Part shown: positions 57,049 through 64,000 of the stretch, piece by piece | How positions within the stretch are numbered: position 1 is the first letter of the stretch | Layout of the letters: each line of letters opens with the position of its first letter | DNA from: Candidatus Levyibacteriota bacterium | GTDB lineage: Bacteria > Patescibacteriota > Microgenomatia > Levybacterales > UBA12049 | Length of the DNA stretch: 64,000 bases | Assembly (NCBI GenBank): GCA_016186625.1 | Contig: JACPLG010000008.1 | Coordinates: forward strand, 147,142-211,141 | Reading direction: 5' to 3' | The notes under the pieces: generated by a model | Seen by the model: only the letters and a program-made list of their open reading frames with translations | The model's database searches: none | What the model was told of the DNA's origin: nothing | Translations under genes and position numbers: made by a program

Positions 57049-58650
57049 TTAATTTCTATTTTTAAATACCGATTCGATGAATCCCAGAAAAATAGGATGT
57101 GGATTTAGAGGTCGGCTTTTGTATTCGGGATGGCCTTGGGTACCTAGATAAAATGGGTGTTTACTTTCCGATAATTCAATTATTTCAGCCAACCCTTCTT
57201 CTACAGACTTGGCTGCAACAATAAACCCGGATTTTTCAAACTTCTCCGCGTAATCATTATTAAACTCATATCTATGCCTATGGCGTTCAGAAGTCAGGCA
57301 TTTTGATTTGTCAATAAAATCATTGTATCTATCATAAAGCTTAAAAGCTCTCGTCCCCTTTTTAACCGTTGCTTCCCAGCGTCCAAGCCTCATCGTCCCT
57401 CCATAAGCGCGTCTTTGCATAAATTCTTTTTGCTTGGGCATAAGATGGATTACTAAATTCTTTCCACTGGGATCATTTTCCTCGGTATTCGCATCTTTCA
57501 ACTCCAAAACATCCCGAGCATAGGATATTACTGCCAGCTGCATTCCATAACATAGCCCAAGATATGGAATTTTTTTCTGCCTGGCATACCCTGCAGTCTT
57601 AATCATCCCCTCAGCTCCCCTCGATCCCCATCCTATTGGGACAATTATGCCGTCTGGTTTTCCGATTAGTTTTTCTAAATCAGGATTTTCTTCTGCTTTT
57701 TCCGCGTTAATCCAGTGTGTTTTAACATGGACTCCAAGCTCATATGAGGCGTGATCAATTGCGTCAAAAAGAGCAGCGTAGCTATCTCTTAACTGATAAT
57801 CACCTGTCCCAAAATACTTACCTACAATGGCAATTTCAACAAATTCATTTTGATTTTGAACTTTTTTAACCTTGCCAACAAATCTTTGCCATTTTGACAA
57901 ATTTGAATCTTTAACTTTTAAATTTAATTTTCTTAAAATTTTTTTCCCTAGACTTTGTTTGTCTAAGATTAATGGAACCTCATAAACAGATGGAAGGTCT
58001 GGACTAGAGATCACATTTTCGGAAGGAACATTACAAAAAAGAGCTAAGCGGTCTCGTCTTCTTTGGTCAAGATATTTTTCTGAGCGGCAAATTATAAAAT
58101 CTGGCTGTATTCCCAAAGAATTTAACGTCCTGACAGATAGTTGCGTTGGTTTGGTTTTGGGTTCCCCAAGGTGTTTTGGTGTTGGGACGTAGCTGACGTG
58201 AACGTGAATCACGTCACCTGGGTTTTTCAACGTCATTATACGTGAGGCCTCGTAGTAAAAAACGTTTTGATACTCCCCGGCAGTTCCGCCGATGAAGTTA
58301 TCCTTTCCCATGTCTTCACCCAGAAATTTTTCATATGTCCCTATATCCATATCAGCCTCAGTCCCATCTTCGCAAAGGAAAGTATCACCATGCTCAATTG
58401 GATTAATTGTTCCTGCGTCAAGATTTAAGTAGTTTTCAAATTTTATTGGAGCGATCTTGTATCCTGCAGCTTTTAGAAGGAGTGATATTGAAGCTGATGT
58501 AATGCCTTTCCCGATACCTGAAATGACTCCCCCGGAGACAAATATATACTTTGTTCGCCTTAAGTTCCTATTACTATCGGGCACGATTAATAATACCACA
58601 ATTTGATATACTTGACAACATCTTAATAAAGGAGTAAAAATAAACTGCAA
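57049..58650 (-). CDS. pyrG: CTP synthase
   Basis: …KYIFVSGGVISGIGKG… synthetase domain. GATase domain with LGLCYGMQ. The ~37-aa N-terminal extension in the track ORF is probably spurious or starts at a non-ATG codon. Confidence 0.9.
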   Translation of the reverse strand: MQFIFTPLLRCCQVYQIVVLLIVPDSNRNLRRTKYIFVSGGVISGIGKGITSASISLLLKAAGYKIAPIKFENYLNLDAGTINPIEHGDTFLCEDGTEADMDIGTYEKFLGEDMGKDNFIGGTAGEYQNVFYYEASRIMTLKNPGDVIHVHVSYVPTPKHLGEPKTKPTQLSVRTLNSLGIQPDFIICRSEKYLDQRRRDRLALFCNVPSENVISSPDLPSVYEVPLILDKQSLGKKILRKLNLKVKDSNLSKWQRFVGKVKKVQNQNEFVEIAIVGKYFGTGDYQLRDSYAALFDAIDHASYELGVHVKTHWINAEKAEENPDLEKLIGKPDGIIVPIGWGSRGAEGMIKTAGYARQKKIPYLGLCYGMQLAVISYARDVLELKDANTEENDPSGKNLVIHLMPKQKEFMQRRAYGGTMRLGRWEATVKKGTRAFKLYDRYNDFIDKSKCLTSERHRHRYEFNNDYAEKFEKSGFIVAAKSVEEGLAEIIELSESKHPFYLGTQGHPEYKSRPLNPHPIFLGFIESVFKNRN

Positions 58651-58743
58651 GGAGGCAGGATCATGATGACTTTAAAGAACTGGGCTGGGACCCAGTTTTT
58701 TGTTGGAGGAAAGCTTCTTTAATTGATATAATTTCGGTTACTG

Positions 58744-58814
58744 CGGGATTGGTTCAGTGGTAGAACGTTTCCTTCCCAAGGAAGAAATGCGAGTTCGATT
58801 CTCGTATCCCGCTC
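58744..58814 (+). tRNA. tRNA-Gly (anticodon CCC)
   Basis: Manual fold. Acceptor GCGGGAT/ATCCCGC, anticodon stem TTTCC/GGAAG with loop TTCCCAA, T-arm GCGAG-TTCGATT-CTCGT. Confidence 0.8.
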
Positions 58815-58816
58815 AA

Positions 58817-59227
58817 CTATTTTGCGTTGGGGATTATGAGCTGTGTTCCCGGAGGAACATAATCAGGATTTTCAAGTTTGTTTGCCTCAACAATTTCAAC
58901 ATACCTGTATCCGTCACCATAGAATCTGACTGCTACGTCCCAGATAGACTCACCTTCTTTTAAAATATACGTTCTTTGGGATATGGGAGTTGTTGACTGC
59001 GGAATGTTAGTTGTGTCAAGATCTGACGGAGCTTGTATACGAGTTTCTCTTATCAGTAGAAAAAAGACCACAACAAGTCCAATAACAACTACAGCTCCCA
59101 GAATAAGACTTACATAAGACTCACTTAAGCGGATTTTTGAAGATATATCCTGATAAAGGTTTCCTTTTGTATCTTCTAACTGTCCCGTTTCAACCGGAGT
59201 TATTTTCTTTGTTCTCTTCTTTGCCAT
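58817..59227 (-). CDS. LysM-domain membrane-anchored protein
   Basis: N-terminal TM. C-terminal LysM (YILKEGESIWDVAVRFYGDGYRYVEIVEANKLENPDYVPPGTQLIIP). Confidence 0.7.
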   Translation of the reverse strand: MAKKRTKKITPVETGQLEDTKGNLYQDISSKIRLSESYVSLILGAVVVIGLVVVFFLLIRETRIQAPSDLDTTNIPQSTTPISQRTYILKEGESIWDVAVRFYGDGYRYVEIVEANKLENPDYVPPGTQLIIPNAK

Positions 59228-59349
59228 TTCCGTGACAGTTTGACTATATTACAACAACTAAATTAAAAAATGCAAGCCCTAATTTGAAGCAAAAATATTT
59301 GACCGTGTATCCACTCTTCTGTTAAAATACGACTGCGGCAATTCAAATT

Positions 59350-59423
59350 TGGGTTCGTAGTGAAGAGGCCTATCACGCCTCCCTGTCACGGAGGAGATCG
59401 CCGGTTCGAATCCGGTCGGACCC
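59350..59423 (+). tRNA. tRNA-Asp (anticodon GUC)
   Basis: Manual fold. Acceptor GGGTTCG/CGGACCC, anticodon stem CCTCC/GGAGG with loop CTGTCAC, T-loop TTCGAAT. Confidence 0.85.
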
Positions 59424-59452
59424 GCAAAGATAATTTAGAGTAATAATTTAAC

Positions 59453-61213
59453 GTGACAAACAAAGAGATTGCAAAGCTTTTTCGCGCTGTTGCTGCTTCT
59501 TATTCCATAAAAAACGAGAAGAAATTTCGTTTCCAAATTATCGCCTACCAAAAAGCAGCAGACGCTGTTGATGGACTAACTACTCAACTTGAAGATCTTT
59601 ATAAAGAGGGCGAACTTGAAGAAATCCCAGGAATCGGAGCAACGATTAAAGGAAGACTTGAAGAACTCTTTAAAAAAGGGAAAGTTAAACACTTTGAAGA
59701 TGTTATGAAAGGTATTCCTCCGTCTGTTTTTGTTTTAATGGAGATACCTTCAATTGGACCAAAGAAAGCATTTAGAATTTCCTCCCACTTCCATATTAAA
59801 AATCCGCAGACTTGCATAAATGAGGTTGAAAAATTAGCAAAAAGTGGAAAAATTGCAAAACTTGAAGGATTCGGAGAAAAGTCCGAAGCCGATATTCTCC
59901 GAGCGATTTCGGAGTTTAAAGAAGGGAAAGGAAAAACTACAAGAATACTCCTTTCTTATGCGGGTGAGGTTGCTGATCAAATTTTAGATTATCTTAAGAA
60001 ATTTGAATACGTTAAAGATGCAGCGCCTTTGGGAAGCTTAAGAAGGATGAAGCCACTTGTAGGAGACATAGATATTGCCGCAACAACAACAAAACCAAAG
60101 CAACTGATTGAACATTTTATAAAATACAAAAGAGTTGATCGTATAATAGAAAAAGGGCCAACTACTGCTTCAATTTTAACAACAGCCGGGAACCAGATAG
60201 ATCTTATGGTTTTATCCCCTAAAAAGTGGGGTTCCCTTCTTCAACATTTTACAGGAAGCAAAGATCATAATGTTGCTTTAAGAGAATATGCCTTGAAGAA
60301 AAGTTTATCGCTCTCAGAAAAAGGAATAAAAAATTTAAAAACAGGAAAAATGAATGAGTTTTCCAAAGAAGAGGAATTTTATAAAAGTCTTGGACTCTCC
60401 TGGATCCCTCCTGAGATGAGAGAAAACACAGGTGAAATAGAACTTGCGTTAAAAAACAAACTACCAAAGATTGTTGAACTAGGAAACATAAAAGGAGACT
60501 TTCATATTCACACAAGTTTTCCTGTTGAACCAAGCCATGATCTTGGAAAAAATTCAATTTCCGAAATGCTTCAAAAAGCCAAGGAATTAGGATACGAGTA
60601 TCTTGGTTTTTCAGAGCACAATCCATCCCAAAGCAAACACACAAAGCAAGAGATAATTGACCTTATTTTAAAAAGAAACGAAGAAGTTGAGAGGCAAAAC
60701 AATCTACACGGAGTAAAAACATTTAAGCTTATGGAAACAGACATTCTCCCTAACGGAGAGCTAGCGCTGCCTGAAGAAGCTTTGGAAAAACTGGACGCAA
60801 CAATTGTTTCGATCCATTCTGTTTTTAAGATGGGCAGAACCGAGATGACCAAACGGGTTCTTACCGGACTCTCCCACCCAAAAGCAAAAATATTAGCTCA
60901 TCCTACAGGAAGACTTTTAAATGAAAGATACGGCTATGATCTGAATTTTGATGAAATTTTTGAATTCTGTAAAAAAAATAATAAAGCTCTGGAAATAAAT
61001 GCTTATCCAAACCGTCTTGATCTCTACGATGAGTTGATACGAAAAGCAGTTGATGGGAAAGTTTTGCTTTCTATAGACACGGACAGTCACGCGGTCTACC
61101 AAATGGAACTTATGAGATACGGAGTCGCACAGGCTCGCCGTGGCTGGGCAACAAAATCTGATATAATAAATGCACTTTCATACGATGAGGTTAAAAAATG
61201 GTTCAGTTTGTAA
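59453..61213 (+). CDS. polX: DNA polymerase X family protein with C-terminal PHP domain
   Basis: HhH motifs. Pol-beta-like nucleotidyltransferase GDIDIAATT. PHP metal site GDFHIHTSF. Confidence 0.85.
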   Translation: MTNKEIAKLFRAVAASYSIKNEKKFRFQIIAYQKAADAVDGLTTQLEDLYKEGELEEIPGIGATIKGRLEELFKKGKVKHFEDVMKGIPPSVFVLMEIPSIGPKKAFRISSHFHIKNPQTCINEVEKLAKSGKIAKLEGFGEKSEADILRAISEFKEGKGKTTRILLSYAGEVADQILDYLKKFEYVKDAAPLGSLRRMKPLVGDIDIAATTTKPKQLIEHFIKYKRVDRIIEKGPTTASILTTAGNQIDLMVLSPKKWGSLLQHFTGSKDHNVALREYALKKSLSLSEKGIKNLKTGKMNEFSKEEEFYKSLGLSWIPPEMRENTGEIELALKNKLPKIVELGNIKGDFHIHTSFPVEPSHDLGKNSISEMLQKAKELGYEYLGFSEHNPSQSKHTKQEIIDLILKRNEEVERQNNLHGVKTFKLMETDILPNGELALPEEALEKLDATIVSIHSVFKMGRTEMTKRVLTGLSHPKAKILAHPTGRLLNERYGYDLNFDEIFEFCKKNNKALEINAYPNRLDLYDELIRKAVDGKVLLSIDTDSHAVYQMELMRYGVAQARRGWATKSDIINALSYDEVKKWFSL

Positions 61214-61324
61214 GGCCTCCGGCCCGGTAGCCAACTTAGAGAAGTCTCTGACTCACAGAGTTGGGATTTCTGCAAACCGAAAGGTTCTCGGAACCGTAGG
61301 TCTGGTCATGAGGGAGGTGATTTT

Positions 61325-61876
61325 ATGAATTCTACAATAATTATTGCGGCTATTGTGGGAGCTTTGGTTCTTTTTGCTCTTTACTTATACAATACTTTAA
61401 TTTCGGCAAGGCTACGAGTTAGTGAGGCATTTTCCCAGATTGACGTCCAGCTTAAAAGAAGAACAGACCTAATTCCTAATTTAATAGAAACAGTCAAGGG
61501 ATATGCAAAACATGAAAAGAGTACTTTTGAAAAAGTAACAGAACTAAGAACCAGCTTAATGCAGGCAAAAACACCTGAAAAAAAATCTGAGGTAAATAAT
61601 ATGCTAACTGATGCGCTCAAGTCAATTTTTGCTGTAGCGGAAGGATATCCACAGCTTCGCGCCAGTGAGAATTTTAAGGAGTTACAAGAGGAGCTGGAGG
61701 ATACAGAGAATAAAATTGCTTACTCAAGACAGTTTTATAACAGCAATGTTTTGGATTACAATACCAAACTTCAAATTTTTCCAAATGTAATCTTTGCCAG
61801 GATTTTAAATTTCAAGCCCGCCCAGTTCTTCGGAACGGCTGAGGAGGAAAGAAAACCTGTTAAAGTTACATTTTAA
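61325..61876 (+). CDS. lemA: LemA-family membrane protein
   Basis: N-terminal TM, then the LemA pattern …[37 protein letters not shown]…. Confidence 0.8.
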   Translation: MNSTIIIAAIVGALVLFALYLYNTLISARLRVSEAFSQIDVQLKRRTDLIPNLIETVKGYAKHEKSTFEKVTELRTSLMQAKTPEKKSEVNNMLTDALKSIFAVAEGYPQLRASENFKELQEELEDTENKIAYSRQFYNSNVLDYNTKLQIFPNVIFARILNFKPAQFFGTAEEERKPVKVTF

Positions 61877-61877
61877 T

Positions 61878-61950
61878 GTCATCCTGAGGGATGGTGAGCA
61901 TAGTCTAACCATAGTCGAAGGATTCTTCGGAATGTCCTCAGAATGACAAA
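61878..61950. repeat. Hairpin element family H copy 2 (GTCATCCTGAGG…CGAAGGATTCTTCG…CCTCAGAATGACAAAATG)
   Basis: Read directly, between the lemA stop (61876) and htpX start (61958). Confidence 0.45.
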
Positions 61951-61957
61951 ATGACCT

Positions 61958-62845
61958 ATGAATATTTACAGCGCAATCTCTTCCAACAAATGGAAGACTT
62001 GGATAATAATGGTGCTTTTCGTAGTGTTTGTCACAACTCTGGTATATGTTATGAGTAAAGCCCTTGGGCTAAGCGCATTTGGAACGGCCGGTATTGCGCT
62101 AATCTTTGCGGGCCTTATGAGCATTGGAAGTTATTATTATTCTGATAAACTTGTACTTGCAACAACAGGCGCACGCCCCGCAACAAAGAAGGAGTTTCCG
62201 GATTATTATAGAACTGTCGAAAACCTCTCTATTGGAGCAGGACTTCCTATGCCTAAAATATATGTCATCAATGATCCTTCTCCAAATGCTTTTGCAACAG
62301 GCCGTGATCCAAAACACGCTGTAGTTGCTGCTACTACAGGGCTTTTAGGCATGATGAAAGAATCAGAGCTCGAAGGTGTAATTGCCCATGAACTTTCCCA
62401 TATTAAAAATTATGATATAAGACTTATGGGGATTTTGGCTATACTTGTTGGATTTGTAGTGATTCTTTCTGATCTTTTTATAAGAGCCACTTTCTTCTCA
62501 AGATCCGACAGAAATCAAGGAGGTGCTATTTTTTTAATAATAGCAATTGTCCTTGCAATCCTCTCCCCTATTGCCGCAATGCTTATTCAAACAGCGGTAT
62601 CCAGAAAAAGAGAATTTTTGGCAGATGCATCAGGAGTTCTATTAACACGTTATCCTGAAGGTCTTGCGTCCGCCCTTGAGAAGCTCAGGAACGATCATAC
62701 CCCCCCAAAAACAGCAAGCAATGCTACAGCGCATTTATTTATAGAGAACCCATTTGAGCATAAAAAAGTAAAAAACTTTTTTACAGGGCTTTTTAATACT
62801 CACCCACCACTTGATGAAAGGATCAAAATCCTCCGAAACATGTAG
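61958..62845 (+). CDS. htpX: Zn-dependent protease HtpX (M48)
   Basis: HELSHIKNYD HExxH motif, four TM helices, C-terminal …FNTHPPLDERI…. Confidence 0.85.
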   Translation: MNIYSAISSNKWKTWIIMVLFVVFVTTLVYVMSKALGLSAFGTAGIALIFAGLMSIGSYYYSDKLVLATTGARPATKKEFPDYYRTVENLSIGAGLPMPKIYVINDPSPNAFATGRDPKHAVVAATTGLLGMMKESELEGVIAHELSHIKNYDIRLMGILAILVGFVVILSDLFIRATFFSRSDRNQGGAIFLIIAIVLAILSPIAAMLIQTAVSRKREFLADASGVLLTRYPEGLASALEKLRNDHTPPKTASNATAHLFIENPFEHKKVKNFFTGLFNTHPPLDERIKILRNM

Positions 62846-62880
62846 TTTCAATTTTGGAATTTTAATTTTCATTGAAAATT

Positions 62881-64000
62881 ATGATTAATGTAATTTCAAT
62901 AATCCTCGGCAAAGCAATTATTTTTCTATCAAATACTCTTAATCTGGGTTCAGGCTCTACCTGGCCGGGACATATTGCGCTGAGTATCAATCCGAATTTT
63001 ATAAAAGATATTCTACGTTCCCACATGGAAAGTGGGAAGCTAAAAGTTATAATTATTGCAGGGACTAACGGTAAGACAACAACAGGCAGACTTGTTACTT
63101 CAATTATTAGGGAAAACGGAAAAACTTATCTTCAAAATAAAGCCGGTGCCAACCTTATAAATGGCCTTGCCTCTGCAATAATAAAAGGTGCATCAATCTT
63201 TAGCCTTGCAAGGAGAGACCCTGGAAGGCTAAATCAGGACTATTTAATTTTTGAATCGGATGAAAATGCACTTCCTGAAGTATTACAACAAACAAATCCC
63301 GATTATGTTATTGTTCTAAACCTCTTCCGTGATCAACTGGATAGATACGGTGAAGTAAACACTATTGCCAAAAAATGGCAAAAAGCTTTTGAAAAACTAG
63401 ATAATAAAACAGTTTTGATTTTAAATACAGATGATCCTCAGGTTTCATTTCTCTCAAAAAAAACAAATGCAAAAGTACTGTTTTTTGGACTTGACAAAAC
63501 AAATGGTGAAAATAAGTTAAAACACGGAGCAGATAGTATTTATTGCCCTAAGTGTTTCCATATGTTGGATTTCACAGAAGTTCACTTTTCGCATCTTGGA
63601 TCGTGGTCATGTACAAATTGCAATCTCAAAAGGCCCAAACCTGACCTGTCAAATCTTTCATACTACCCTCTTCCCGGAACATACAATAAATATAATAGTC
63701 TCGCAGCAGCACTTTTTGCCAAAGCGGAAAAAATTTCTTCTAAAAAAGTAAAAAAAGCTTTTAAGTCTTTTACTCCTGCTTTTGGAAGACAGGAGAAAAT
63801 AAAATATAAAGGAAGATATGTTCAATTATTTTTATCTAAGAATCCGACAAGCTTTAATGAGTCTCTTTCAACCGTAAAGGAGCTTGGAGGTAAAAATTTT
63901 CTGCTTGTACTAAATGACAGAATTCCTGACGGACTGGATGTCTCATGGATTTGGGATATAAATTTCGAAGAAATCTTAGATAAAAATTTTAATATAACTG
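62881..64000 (+). CDS. murT: Mur-ligase-family protein, MurT-like (lipid II isoglutaminyl synthase subunit). 3' end lies outside the window
   Basis: GTNGKTTT P-loop. Cys4 ribbon CPKCFHMLDF…CTNCNLKRP. It contains palindrome P copy 5 in-frame (RSHMESGKL). Confidence 0.55.
   Translation, partial: MINVISIILGKAIIFLSNTLNLGSGSTWPGHIALSINPNFIKDILRSHMESGKLKVIIIAGTNGKTTTGRLVTSIIRENGKTYLQNKAGANLINGLASAIIKGASIFSLARRDPGRLNQDYLIFESDENALPEVLQQTNPDYVIVLNLFRDQLDRYGEVNTIAKKWQKAFEKLDNKTVLILNTDDPQVSFLSKKTNAKVLFFGLDKTNGENKLKHGADSIYCPKCFHMLDFTEVHFSHLGSWSCTNCNLKRPKPDLSNLSYYPLPGTYNKYNSLAAALFAKAEKISSKKVKKAFKSFTPAFGRQEKIKYKGRYVQLFLSKNPTSFNESLSTVKELGGKNFLLVLNDRIPDGLDVSWIWDINFEEILDKNFNIT
63018..63038. repeat. Palindrome family P copy 5 (TTCCCAC-ATGGAAA-GTGGGAA), located inside the murT-like coding sequence
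   Basis: Read directly. The same extended consensus (AGCTTCCCAC…GTGGGAAC on the minus strand) as the intergenic copies. Confidence 0.55.

Overview
This is a low-GC (about 35%) bacterial chromosome fragment. Its gene content resembles an uncultivated Patescibacteria/CPR-type or Gram-positive-like organism: sortase, SipW/TasA, GH130, an archaeal-type PGI/PMI and short UvrC/HolA. The lineage is an inference from gene content only. Housekeeping genes are densely packed on both strands. They include secG, uvrC, uvrA, lexA divergent from uvrB, pmm-like, pgi/pmi, ppsA, eno, rsmI, dedA, rplS, yraN, pyrG, polX, lemA, htpX and a murT-like gene, plus four tRNAs (Lys-UUU, Glu-UUC, Gly-CCC, Asp-GUC). The main accessory block is a cell-surface locus at about 9.0-18.7 kb. 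It contains a TasA/camelysin-like gene, a SipW-type signal peptidase fused in-frame to a second TasA-type signal plus a lamin-tail domain, a TasA-like/RTX-repeat protein, a sortase, and three paralogous N/T/G-rich repeat proteins, one ending in LPVTGG. Other accessory content is a tandem pair of double-GH130 genes and a glycosylation cluster (two GT2, a methyltransferase, a TPR membrane protein). A P-type ATPase/MgtE/Nramp-family transporter set is also present. A small island downstream of tRNA-Glu carries an SDH/ClpP-like protease and an IS1595-family transposase. Three dispersed intergenic repeat families were found by eye. The first is a TTCCCAC-N7-GTGGGAA palindrome in five copies, one in the uvrA promoter region and one inside the murT-like coding sequence. 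The second is a REP-like nested hairpin at convergent gene ends. The third is a roughly 60-70 nt hairpin element ending in ATGACAAA. A 16-nt inverted copy of the tRNA-Glu 3' end and a GC-rich, apparently non-coding 160-nt block lie next to tRNA-Lys. No CRISPR arrays or rRNA genes were seen.
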